The notes: generated from the letters alone by a model not told the origin. 63,976 nucleotides of DNA, filler included, from Octopus bimaculoides (GCF_001194135.2; 5 parts of 5 records of this genome joined end to end with filler, not necessarily neighbours in it), one strand, 5' to 3'; numbered from the whole stretch's first letter, positions 27,416-39,360 are shown. Numbers and translations: made by a program.

Positions 27416-27461
27416 GACACCTGATGAAGGCTGGAAAGTAAATCAGTTGAAACGTTGTGGT
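27416..27461 (+). ncRNA. Minimal type I hammerhead ribozyme motif, copy 2
   Basis: GACAC CTGATGA A GGCTG gaaagtaaat CAGTT GAAA CGTT GTGGT. The palindromic ACGT stem III is retained. Stem II has two G-U pairs and stem I has one mismatch. Confidence 0.62.
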
Positions 27462-28465
27462 AACAACAAACAAGCTGGGGACACATATCCGTCCAATGTA
27501 AATAATATATGAACTGATTGATATTTTAAAACAGGGATCTCGACAAGATGTGCTCCCCCTCCAATTTTACACTAATGGCCATGTGACATACGGGTGACTC
27601 GCTCTGCATAAAATTCTAGCTAGGTGTGGCTGTGTAGTAAGACGTTTGCTTCCCAACCACATGGTTTTAGGTTCAGTCCTTCTGTGTGACACCTTGGGCA
27701 TGTGTATTCTGCTATAGACTCAGGCCAACCAAAGCCTAGTGAGTGGTTTCTGATAAATGGAAACTGAAAGAAGCCCATCATATACATATACATATATATA
27801 TATATATATANNNNNNNNNNNNNNNNNNNNNNNNNNNNNNNNNNNNNNNNNNNNNNNNNNNNNNNNNNNNNNNNNNNNNNNNNNNNNNNNNNNNNNNNNN
27901 NNNNNNNNNNNNNNNNNNNNNNNNNNNNNNNNNNNNNNNNNNNNNNNNNNNNNNNNNNNNNNNNNNNNNNNNNNNNNNNNNNNNNNNNNNNNNNNNNNNN
28001 NNNNNNNNNNNNNNNNNNNNNNNNNNNNNNNNNNNNNNNNNNNNNNNNNNNNNNNNNNNNNNNNNNNNNNNNNNNNNNNNNNNNNNNNNNNNNNNNNNNN
28101 NNNNNNNNNNNNNNNNNNNNNNNNNNNNNNNNNNNNNNNNNNNNNNNNNNNNNNNNNNNNNNNNNNNNNNNNNNNNNNNNNNNNNNNNNNNNNNNNNNNN
28201 NNNNNNNNNNNNNNNNNNNNNNNNNNNNNNNNNNNNNNNNNNNNNNNNNNNNNNNNNNNNNNNNNNNNNNNNNNNNNNNNNNNNNNNNNNNNNNNNNNNN
28301 NNNNNNNNNNNNNNNNNNNNNNNNNNNNNNNNNNNNNNNNNNNNNNNNNNNNNNNNNNNNNNNNNNNNNNNNNNNNNNNNNNNNNNNNNNNNNNNNNNNN
28401 NNNNNNNNNNNNNNNNNNNNNNNNNNNNNNNNNNNNNNNNNNNNNNNNNNNNTATGTTATTCTTT

Positions 28466-28673
28466 TCTACACTAGGCACAAGGCCCGAAATTTTTGGGGA
28501 GGGAGCCAGCCAATTAGATCAACCCCAGTACGCAACCGGTACTTAATTTATCGACCCCGAAAAGATGAAAGGCAAAGTCGACTTTGGCGGAATTTGAACT
28601 CAGAACGTAGCGACAGATGAAATACTGCTAAGCATTTCGCCCGGCGTGCTAACGACTCTGCCAGCTCGTCGCC
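28466..28673 (-). mobile_element. SINE family B copy, near consensus
   Basis: ctaggcacaaggcccgaaa...gctaacgactctgccagctcgtcgcc. Confidence 0.85.
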
Positions 28674-29137
28674 TTCCCCTAGTTATGCTAGTGATCACAT
28701 GATATACAAATAAACTAGGTGACACTTTTTTTTTTTTGTCGAGGATTATATAAGCGTGACCCTTATTTGAAGTCAACAGACGACTGATAAAGTTGCTTCA
28801 CTGATAGGTAATCACTACCTTCCATATAAAAAAGCATTTCTAGGTCAACTTTCTAAATTTACTCCTCTGCTTCATGTAAAGCTATTTCGTTCTTGTGCAG
28901 GAACTTTTCTTGTTTGTGACGTCAATGCCTTCCTCCAAACACTTGTCACCTTTTGTTTATATGTATCTGGTTTCTCCGCCTAGTTTCGCACCTATGTGTT
29001 CACATGTATATCTATGTGTGTGTGTGTGTGTGTGCCAGCATGGAAGGCGGATGTTAAACGATGATGATGGTATGTGTGTGCATGTGCGTGTGTGTATTCA
29101 GATAATAAATCACACACACATATTTATATATATGTTG

Positions 29138-29171
<34 letters not shown>

Positions 29172-29523
29172 ATAGTATATGTATGTATATATCTATATAT
29201 CTATATGAATGCCTATGTGTATGTGTGCATATTTGTGTATATATATATATATATATACATATATTTGTATATATGAATGTTTATGAAGATGTATGCATAT
29301 GTTATGTACACATATAAGTATATGTGTGTGTCTGTGTGCATATTTCTGTGTGTCTATATATACATATATATATATATGGATACATCTATTATATACATAC
29401 ACATGTATGTATATTTATATATTTATGTTTATATAAGTGTATATATCTGTATGTGTATGTATCTATATATATATATATATATATATACATACACATATAT
29501 AAGCATATATACACAATATGCTA

Positions 29524-29563
<40 letters not shown>

Positions 29564-29802
29564 ACCTATATACATGCTTATTTATATATATATAANNNNN
29601 NNNNNNNNNNNNNNNNNNNNNNNNNNNNNNNNNNNNNNNNNNNNNNNNNNNNNNNNNNNNNNNNNNNNNNNNNNNNNNNNNNNNNNNNNNNNNNNNNNNN
29701 NNNNNNNNNNNNNNNNNNNNNNNNNNNNNNNNNNNNNNNNNNNNNNNNNNNNNNNNNNNNNNNNNNNNNNNNNNNNNNNNNNNNNNNNNNNNNNNNNNNN
29801 NN

Positions 29803-29841
<39 letters not shown>

Positions 29842-30361
29842 TACATATATATATGTATATATGTATGTATATATATTACATGTGTATATAAGTAATGCAT
29901 AGTGTTGTTCATTTGTCTGTTTATCTCTTGTCACCAATATCATTCCTTATTTATTGTGGCCTTAGCTTCTTACTAAACAAGATCTCGTTTGACCTCTCTT
30001 AAAGGAAGTCGGCCATATTAGCAGTTGCTTATAATTCATTACTCATTGCTTGTCATTTCTTATGTTGTTGTTGTTGTTGTTGTTCACAACAAGTTATACA
30101 CCTGTTTGATATATAGCCTCGTCTTTTGTTTTATCATTCATTACTTTGATGGAGCTTTTACGTGTTTCAGTCATTTGACTGTGACCATGCTGGGGCACCA
30201 CCTTGAAGAATTTTGAAAACCTGATACTTATTCTATCAGTGTCTTTTTCTGAACTGCTAAGTTATGGGGGATGTAAACTCACCAACACTGGTTGTCAAGT
30301 GATGGTGGGGGGAAAACACAGATACAGAAGCACTAACACACACACACCTGCATATATATAT

Positions 30362-30800
30362 ATCATCATCATCATTGTTTAACCTCCACTTTCCATGCTG
30401 GCATGGGTTGGACGATTTGAGTGAGGACTGGCGAACCAGATGGCTGCACCTGGCTCCAATCTGATTTGGCAGAGTTTCTACAGCTGGATGCCCTTCCTAA
30501 CGCCAACCGCTCCGAGAGTGTAGCGGGTGCTTTTACGTGCCACCGGCATGAGGGCCAGTCATGCAGTACTGGCAACGGCCAGGCTGAAAATGGTGTTTTT
30601 TATGTGCCACCTGCACAGGAGCCAGTCCAGATGCACTGGCAACAACTTCGCTCGAATGATTTTCTAATGTGCCAGTAAGACGACGCTGGTAACGATCACG
30701 CTCAAATGGTGCTATTTATGGGCCACTAGCACGGAAGCCAGACAGTTGCTCTGGCAATGATCATGCTTGGACAGTGCTGTTAGTGCTGCACAGGTGCCAG
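30362..30800 (-). mobile_element. SINE family C (RTE-like 3' end GGTTGGCGTTAGGAAGGGCATCCAGC, (GAT)n tail, internal tandem subrepeats)
   Basis: (CAT)n-gtttaac...ccatgctggcatgggttggacg...ggatgcccttcctaacgccaacc followed by repeated gtgccac units. Confidence 0.8.
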
Positions 30801-31109
30801 TCATCGAATATGGTTCCATCATCGTTTAACGTCCGTTTTCCTAGCTGGCATGGGTCAGAAGGTTTGACTGAGGTCTGGAAAGCCAGCACCTGCATCAGGC
30901 CCCAATCTCATCTTGCAGTGTTTCTACAGCTGGTTGCCCTTCCTAATGCCAACCACTCTGAGAGTGTAGTGGGTGCTTTTTACATGCCACCAGCACAAGA
31001 GGCAGTCAGGGGTACTGGCATCTGCCATGATTGGTTGGTGATTTTTATGTGCCACCGGCATGGAAGCCAGTCAGGGGGCACTGGCCACAGCTACGATATT
31101 GGTTTTACT

Positions 31110-31682
31110 TGACTCAATAGGTCTTCTCAAGCATATCATATCACCCGACACAACAGGGGTATTCTTAACAAGACCAGACATGCGTGGTTGCGATCTAACT
31201 TTAGTTGCGATGTCTTTTCAATCACAGCATATCTCCAAATGTCCCGGTCTCCTGTCTTTGCCTCTGTGAGGCCCAGTGTTCGAAGGTCATGCTTCACCAC
31301 CTCATCTCATGTCTTCCTGGGTCTACCTCTTCCACAGTTAGGGAGTGGCACTTCCTCACACAGCAGTCTTCATTCATATGTAACACATAACCACACCAGT
31401 GCAGACCCCTCTCTTGCTTACCACATCTGATCCTTCTTAGGCCCAACTTTTCTCTTGGGGTGCTTACACTCTCTCGTGTGTGTACACTGATATTACACAT
31501 CTAGTGAAGCATACTAGCTTCATTTCTTTCAAGCCTAAGCATGTCCTCAGCAGTCACAGCCCATGGTTCACTGCCATGTAGCATGGCAGTTCACTCACAT
31601 GCAACATACAGTCTACCTTTCACTCTGAGCGAGAGGCCCTTAGTTTTCAGCAGAAGTAGGAGCTCCCTGAAATTTGCCCAGG
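31110..31682 (-). mobile_element. RTE-clade LINE 3' fragment (decayed RT C-terminus)
   Basis: WANFRELLLLLKTKGLSLRVKGRLYVAC...LHGSEPWAVTAEDM...MCNISVHTR...REKLGLRRIRC...LHWCGYVLHMNEDCCVRKC, with stops and frameshifts. Confidence 0.85.
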
Positions 31683-32250
31683 CTATATATATATATATAT
31701 ATATATATATNNNNNNNNNNNNNNNNNNNNNNNNNNNNNNNNNNNNNNNNNNNNNNNNNNNNNNNNNNNNNNNNNNNNNNNNNNNNNNNNNNNNNNNNNN
31801 NNNNNNNNNNNNNNNNNNNNNNNNNNNNNNNNNNNNNNNNNNNNNNNNNNNNNNNNNNNNNNNNNNNNNNNNNNNNNNNNNNNNNNNNNNNNNNNNNNNN
31901 NNNNNNNNNNNNNNNNNNNNNNNNNNNNNNNNNNNNNNNNNNNNNNNNNNNNNNNNNNNNNNNNNNNNNNNNNNNNNNNNNNNNNNNNNNNNNNNNNNNN
32001 NNNNNNNNNNNNNNNNNNNNNNNNNNNNNNNNNNNNNNNNNNNNNNNNNNNNNNNNNNNNNNNNNNNNNNNNNNNNNNNNNNNNNNNNNNNNNNNNNNNN
32101 NNNNNNNNNNNNNNNNNNNNNNNNNNNNNNNNNNNNNNNNNNNNNNNNNNNNNNNNNNNNNNNNNNNNNNNNNNNNNNNNNNNNNNNNNNNNNNNNNNNN
32201 NNNNNNNNNNNNNNNNNNNNNNNNNNNNNNNNNNNNNNNNNNNNNNNNNN

Positions 32251-32381
<131 letters not shown>

Positions 32382-32860
32382 ATATTTGCAAACAACTCCA
32401 AGAACACAAGCGCTACCAGTTGAAAGCTCTGCATACCAGACATCAGCAGGCTCAAGGGATCATCAGGAGAGAATGTGTGCTGTTTTGGGGGTCTTCCTCT
32501 CGATGGTATTCTTGTACACCAGACCCCTCCACCACCATGCCATCACTGAGACGAAGCACCACTTGCTAGATCAACCCAAATCAGTTTCTCACAAGAATTA
32601 ATTAAAATGACTTTGATGTATGTAAATGCAATTTATGATGATGGTGATGATGATAATGATGATGATCTTTGTTACACTGTCGAAGAGCAAAAAAAAAAGA
32701 AAAAAGAGTGAGTGCTTATTTTAGTCTCAGAGATAATTCTAAAAGCACAGAGCAAAACTTGTGGAGCTACTCGATAACAAATATATATTAACAGGTTTCT
32801 TTTCTATTTCTTCTAACCCTATCTATCATAACTTCCATCTATGTTTCTCACTCTCTCTCC

Positions 32861-32934
<74 letters not shown>

Positions 32935-33486
32935 GGTTTTCAAAGACTAGTTTAACACTCCTTAATGATATGAAGTCCCATTATGAGAACAAACCTTGTC
33001 TAACTCGTTCTTCGTGCTTCTTCACTCAGCTGACTCAAATTTGTTGAAAAATTCTTTCTTGCTTTTTTTAATTTGGCATTCAAAAATAAACAAACAAACA
33101 AATAAAATGAAAATAATAAATAAAGAAAGAAAGAGCAGGAAAAAAAAAAGAAGAAACCCAAAGTTTATTTTTAGCTATCGTTACCTTGGAAACGAATTCG
33201 TGAGAATATCAAGACTATCATGCAATCTATTACAACTGATTGTAATTATTAGATCAAAAGGTCGTGGTTTCAGTTCCTAGACTGGTCAATGCATTGTGGC
33301 CTTAAGGACACAATGGAGGACAAGGAGCTTCATTTCACATTGATTCAGTTTAATCACCTGAAAAGTGAGCACCACTTAACATAAGCCTGGGAATGGAACT
33401 GAATTAGAAGGTGCAAACCCAGGTCCTAAATTTTTGACAAACAAAATTTTTTTGATCTTAGTATCAACACAAACACAGGTATAATC

Positions 33487-33523
<37 letters not shown>

Positions 33524-33627
33524 TGATAATAATATTCAAAATTTGCCATAATTCTCCCCATTTTCAATAGTCTTTCAAGCACTTAGAACCTTCTTGATTC
33601 TTCTTATCATTATTATCATCATCATCA

Positions 33628-33664
<37 letters not shown>

Positions 33665-33675
33665 CATTATCATTA

Positions 33676-33888
33676 AAGGCAGAGAGCTGGCAGAATCGTT
33701 AGCATGCTGGACGAAATACTTAGCCATATTTCACCCGTTGCTCTGTTCTGAGTTCAAATTCCACTGAGGTCAACTTTGTCTTTCACCCTTTGAGGGTCGA
33801 TTAAATAAGTACCAGTTAAGCGCTGGCCTTGATCTAATCGACTTAATCCCTTCCCCCAAATTTCAGGCCTTGTGCCTACAGTCGAAAA
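33676..33888 (+). mobile_element. SINE family B copy
   Basis: aaggcagagagctggcagaatcgttagc...caggccttgtgcc. Confidence 0.8.
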
Positions 33889-33906
33889 TGATTATTATTA
33901 TTATAA

Positions 33907-33951
<45 letters not shown>

Positions 33952-34353
33952 NNNNNNNNNNNNNNNNNNNNNNNNNNNNNNNNNNNNNNNNNNNNNNNNN
34001 NNNNNNNNNNNNNNNNNNNNNNNNNNNNNNNNNNNNNNNNNNNNNNNNNNNNNNNNNNNNNNNNNNNNNNNNNNNNNNNNNNNNNNNNNNNNNNNNNNNN
34101 NNNNNNNNNNNNNNNNNNNNNNNNNNNNNNNNNNNNNNNNNNNNNNNNNNNNNNNNNNNNNNNNNNNNNNNNNNNNNNNNNNNNNNNNNNNNNNNNNNNN
34201 NNNNNNNNNNNNNNNNNNNNNNNNNNNNNNNNNNNNNNNNNNNNNNNNNNNNNNNNNNNNNNNNNNNNNNNNNNNNNNNNNNNNNNNNNNNNNNNNNNNN
34301 NNNNNNNNNNNNNNNNNNNNNNNNNNNNNNNNNNNNNNNNNNNNNNNNNNNNN

Positions 34354-34392
<39 letters not shown>

Positions 34393-34393
<1 letters not shown>

Positions 34394-34672
34394 TAATTAT
34401 ATAGAATATAATTATCATTAAGGATACTGAAACTACTGTGCCTATATGCTAGAAAAAGACACCAAATACACTCGACCACTGCACAATTCACTTCAATATA
34501 CACAGATTGAATTCAGAGCATTATTTTATGAAATTTTGGCTTGTCCACTTTTCCTGCTTTCAACCTGTGGATATTGAAGTGAATCTTCTAGTAGTTGGAC
34601 ATATTTGGTGTCTTCTTCTAGCATATAGGCTCAGTGGCTTCTATGCCCTTATAATTGTATTCTATATAATTT
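34393..34672. mobile_element. MITE-like imperfect inverted repeat
   Basis: Arms 34393-34511 and 34559-34672 are reverse complementary (e.g. CCTATATGCTAGAAAAAGACACCAAATA / TATTTGGTGTCTTCTTCTAGCATATAGG). Confidence 0.65.
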
Positions 34673-34965
34673 TATATCTATATAGGTTAATTGATTTAGA
34701 GGTTAAAATAACCGATTAGATCGACTCCAGTATACAACTGGTACTTAAATTATTGACCCCGAAAGGATGAAAGGCAAAAAGTCAATCTCAGCGGAATTTG
34801 AACTCAGAACGTAAAGACAAACGAAAAGCCACTAAGCATTTATTGCAGTAGTTATGTATAAAAATTTAAAGAGACAGATTGGAGTAGAGAAGAAAATCAT
34901 AAACTGTATCCATTTCTCCCATTTCTTGGATTCAAATTCTTTTCAACTGGATTTTTCTGTTATAT

Positions 34966-35208
34966 CATCATCATCATCATCATCGTTTAACGTCCGCTTT
35001 CCATGCTAGCATGGGTTGGACGATTTGACTGAGGACTGGTGAAACCGGATGGCAACACCAGGCTCCAGTCTGATTTGGCAGAGTTTCTACAGCTGGATGC
35101 CCTTCCTAATGCCAACCACTCAGAGAGTGTAGTGGGTGCTTTTACGTGTCACCCGCACGAAAACGGCCACGCTTGAAATGGTGTCTTTTATGTGCCACCC
35201 GCACAAGC
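34966..35208 (-). mobile_element. SINE family C copy (ends at gap)
   Basis: Same sequence as 30362 onward. Confidence 0.8.
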
Positions 35209-36140
35209 CNNNNNNNNNNNNNNNNNNNNNNNNNNNNNNNNNNNNNNNNNNNNNNNNNNNNNNNNNNNNNNNNNNNNNNNNNNNNNNNNNNNNNNNNNNN
35301 NNNNNNNNNNNNNNNNNNNNNNNNNNNNNNNNNNNNNNNNNNNNNNNNNNNNNNNNNNNNNNNNNNNNNNNNNNNNNNNNNNNNNNNNNNNNNNNNNNNN
35401 NNNNNNNNNNNNNNNNNNNNNNNNNNNNNNNNNNNNNNNNNNNNNNNNNNNNNNNNNNNNNNNNNNNNNNNNNNNNNNNNNNNNNNNNNNNNNNNNNNNN
35501 NNNNNNNNNNNNNNNNNNNNNNNNNNNNNNNNNNNNNNNNNNNNNNNNNNNNNNNNNNNNNNNNNNNNNNNNNNNNNNNNNNNNNNNNNNNNNNNNNNNN
35601 NNNNNNNNNNNNNNNNNNNNNNNNNNNNNNNNNNNNNNNNNNNNNNNNNNNNNNNNNNNNNNNNNNNNNNNNNNNNNNNNNNNNNNNNNNNNNNNNNNNN
35701 NNNNNNNNNNNNNNNNNNNNNNNNNNNNNNNNNNNNNNNNNNNNNNNNNNNNNNNNNNNNNNNNNNNNNNNNNNNNNNNNNNNNNNNNNNNNNNNNNNNN
35801 NNNNNNNNNNNNNNNNNNNNNNNNNNNNNNNNNNNNNNNNNNNNNNNNNNNNNNNNNNNNNNNNNNNNNNNNNNNNNNNNNNNNNNNNNNNNNNNNNNNN
35901 NNNNNNNNNNNNNNNNNNNNNNNNNNNNNNNNNNNNNNNNNNNNNNNNNNNNNNNNNNNNNNNNNNNNNNNNNNNNNNNNNNNNNNNNNNNNNNNNNNNN
36001 NNNNNNNNNNNNNNNNNNNNNNNNNNNNNNNNNNNNNNNNNNNNNNNNNNNNNNNNNNNNNNNNNNNNNNNNNNNNNNNNNNNNNNNNNNNNNNNNNNNN
36101 NNNNNNNNNNNNNNNNNNNNNNNNNNNNNNNNNNNNNNNN

Positions 36141-36331
36141 TTTCGTGCGGGTGACACGTAAAAGCACCCACTACACTCTCTGAGTGGTTGGCATTAGGAA
36201 GGGCATCCAGCTGTAGAAACTCTGCCAGATCAGATTGGAGCCTGGTGTAGTCATCTGGTTTGCCAGTCCTCAGTCAAATCGTCCAACCCATGCTAGCATG
36301 GAAAGCGGACGTTAAACGATGATGATGATGA
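36141..36331 (+). mobile_element. SINE family C copy (starts at gap)
   Basis: Ends aaacgatgatgatgatga. Confidence 0.8.
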
Positions 36332-36334
36332 TAT

Positions 36335-36377
<43 letters not shown>

Positions 36378-36756
36378 TGTGTGTGTAGTAAAAATATACT
36401 TTAAAGATGATGGTCCAACCTATGCCAGCATGGAAAGTAGATGTTAAATGATGTGTGTGTGTATGTATACACATATATATATCTTACATACACAGATACG
36501 TTCGTACGTACATAAAATATATATGTGCATATACACACACATACACATGTGTACTTATGCATATTATCTTTCTGTTTTCCAAGTTCTCTAAGCATCTTCT
36601 TATTATTATTAATATTACATATATATACATTATTGGCACCTATTATGTGTTTAAATGTACACTAATTTTATAAGAATAACATATAGTCTATTGATTACTT
36701 TTTGCATGCGAGGTCACTGGTAGAAAAATTTCTATAATTTACCTACCCTGCATATT

Positions 36757-36797
<41 letters not shown>

Positions 36798-37094
36798 ATG
36801 TAGATATAAATATTGTAAGTATACATTGTAAAGATTAATTTAATATTAGTCTATGTACATACATATACATGCACACACACGTACATTGTAAATAAACATG
36901 GCTACATGACATAAATAGCATAGATACAAATATTGTAATTATTCCTTTAGTAACATGAGATTATTAGTTCTGTAATGTTAATCTCCACTGAAAATTTCTC
37001 AGCCTTGTTCCTGTAGTCTTAGAAAATTGGTAAAGGAGAATTTTGAAAGCATTCTTTTTTTATTTTCTGAAAGATTTTACTTAACTGTCATTAG

Positions 37095-37184
37095 ATTTGG
37101 GACTGAAACCAGATCAGTCTGTGGAATATGGTGTCCATCAATGCCAGGAGATGGCAAGCATTTTACACAGAATGGTAACAAGTG
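37095..37184 (+). CDS. ESRP1/2: ESRP/fusilli internal exon (end of N-terminal domain/linker), 90 nt, phase 1-1
   Basis: cattag|AT TTG GGA CTG ... ACA AGT G|gtgagt. Translates xLGLKPDQSVEYGVHQCQEMASILHRMVTS(G) and splices in frame to the next exon. Resembles, from recall, the ESRP segment preceding RRM1. Confidence 0.7.
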
Positions 37185-37756
37185 GTGAGTATTCATAAAA
37201 TTATTTAATTCTTAATTGCATAATAAATGAGCAATGCTATTCTGATATAAATAAGGTTTCATTGAGAGTCCTTTATTTGAAAAACAGAATGTGACATTAT
37301 TTTGACATGAGCAGTGTAATGTTTTTACATTGTACCATATGTGAGGCAAGGATCACACAGGTAGTGTTAGATACCCATGCCCCACCAGAGGGTTGTGTGG
37401 TACCCTGGTTCATGTCACACCCTAGATACCACACAACCTATCCATGCTCATGATGGTGATAATGTATACACGACCCATGCCATTTCCAATGCATTCCAGC
37501 ATGGAAGATGGGTGTTGACCCTTCAGCATTTTAACAGGTCATGTCTAGTCCAAATATCCAACCTCATTCTAAAGATAAACAATTGCTTCATCAAAATCTC
37601 AAAACTTTGTGAAAATGCAGGATAAATTCAAGAGAAAGAATGTAAATAGGCATTACATTTGACAGAGATTATCCTGAGTTCTAAAGATTATCCTAAATGC
37701 TAAATGTTTAAAAGATGAAGAGGATTTCATTAATGCTACAATTTTCTTCTCTGAAG

Positions 37757-37811
37757 GTCATTCATTTGGAACTGCAGAAATGATTAAAGAACATTTGGAA
37801 CCAGGAATATG
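37757..37811 (+). CDS. ESRP1/2: ESRP/fusilli internal exon, 55 nt, phase 1-2
   Basis: ttctctgaag|GT CAT TCA TTT ... GGA ATA TG|gtgagt gives (G)HSFGTAEMIKEHLEPGI(C), comparable to vertebrate ESRP 'HRFSDPERVNYKFESGTC' (recall). Phase matches the previous exon. Confidence 0.75.
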
Positions 37812-38252
37812 GTGAGTTGAATATTCAATCATTTTAATGTTTGGGAATTATTAGATAGATTAACAATAAAGTAATAGATTAACAAGAATGTAATCTTCTA
37901 AAATGGAAGCAAGGAAGATTATGCCCTGACCTCTCTTCACCATCCTTTCTCTTTTCCATTTAGGGTTAACCATATACCATAAAAACCCATGTAATTTATG
38001 CATATTTTCCACAAAAATAAAAATACTTTGAGGGTGCATAAATTTATGCATGAGTAGATCATTTCCAGAATTTTTTTAGAAATATTCTTTTTTGTTGAAA
38101 AAAGACGTACAAAACATAAACATTCATACCAGAAGTTAACACATGTAATGTCAGAATAGGCTTTTACAGAAAAAATTAGGGTTTAAATATAATGAAGTTG
38201 ACTTTTATTTATGCTGGATAGTATAATGCTTACTTTTTCTGTATAAATTTAC

Positions 38253-38420
38253 TAAAACCTTAGGAATAAGAACTCAGGTTTGAAATTTCTCCAAGACACC
38301 TGATGAAGGCTGGAGGATATATCAGCTGAAATGTTGTGTTAACAACAAACAAGATGAGGACAAATATCTGTCACATGTAAATAATGTACATAATTCCTCA
38401 TCTCTTAAATATAGAACTGT
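38253..38420 (+). mobile_element. Third, 5'-truncated copy of the hammerhead-bearing element
   Basis: accttaggaataagaactcaggtttgaaatttctccaagacacctgatgaagg...gaggacaaatatctgtcacatgtaaataat aligns with the minus strand of ~27171-27310. Confidence 0.7.
38295..38340 (+). ncRNA. Minimal type I hammerhead ribozyme motif, copy 3 (ESRP intron, sense)
   Basis: GACAC CTGATGA A GGCTG gaggatatat CAGCT GAAA TGTT GTGTT. Same fold, with C>T changes at two CpG sites of the consensus. Confidence 0.6.
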
Positions 38421-39009
38421 AAAGCCATTAATGTTTATTGGTAATTAAACTTAATTTGCAATACATATGCATATTTATCAGCCTTGTTTCTGTTGGTAAT
38501 CCTTATCAACAACTTTTTCTGTGATTATGATTTGAGAAGACATACAGCAGTATGCTAAAGATCGGACATAATCTCTTGTGGGCAAGAAATATAAAATAAA
38601 GTTTATTATAAACAACACAAACACTTTGTAATTTAATAGCTTTTAAAATGATACTTGTTAAACAGAAATTATTCTTATTTAACTTCTATATCTATTTTAA
38701 TATGGGGTAGAACCACCTTTGGCAGTAATTACAGCTTGAATTCTACGAGGTATGGACTCCTTGTACAAAGTTTGAATTGCAGTACTGGCAACGACCACGC
38801 TCAAAAGGTGTTTTGACGTGCCACTGGCACATTTGCCAGTAACGCAACGCTGGCAATGATCATGCTCAAATGGTGCTTTTTATGTACCACAAAAAAAAAA
38901 CAACATAAAAATAAACAAGCTTTTGATGGTTTTATAGATATTTCAAAATTATAATGCTACAAGTTCCCATTATTTTGCCCAACCCCTGAATATACATATA
39001 TACATATAC

Positions 39010-39046
<37 letters not shown>

Positions 39047-39360
39047 NNNNNNNNNNNNNNNNNNNNNNNNNNNNNNNNNNNNNNNNNNNNNNNNNNNNNN
39101 NNNNNNNNNNNNNNNNNNNNNNNNNNNNNNNNNNNNNNNNNNNNNNNNNNNNNNNNNNNNNNNNNNNNNNNNNNNNNNNNNNNNNNNNNNNNNNNNNNNN
39201 NNNNNNNNNNNNNNNNNNNNNNNNNNNNNNNNNNNNNNNNNNNNNNNNNNNNNNNNNNNNNNNNNNNNNNNNNNNNNNNNNNNNNNNNNNNNNNNNNNNN
39301 NNNNNNNNNNNNNNNNNNNNNNNNNNNNNNNNNNNNNNNNNNNNNNNNNNNNNNNNNNNA

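Larger units (their letters stand above)
27171..27506 (-). mobile_element. tRNA-headed short element with ~102-bp inverted hammerhead-containing arms (Penelope-like/SINE hybrid)
   Basis: Arms 27171-27272 and 27405-27506 are imperfect reverse complements. Between them the minus strand has A-box TAGCATAATGG and B-box GAGTTCAATTCC (27404-27349). Confidence 0.6.

Noticed and set aside
32400-32580. RGRPPK on the minus strand, possibly an RTE-type C-terminus
   Set aside because: A single short motif, insufficient.
37017-37029. Possible ESRP micro-exon (ag|TCTTAGAAAATTG|gt, 'LRK')
   Set aside because: 13 nt with no homology beyond three residues.
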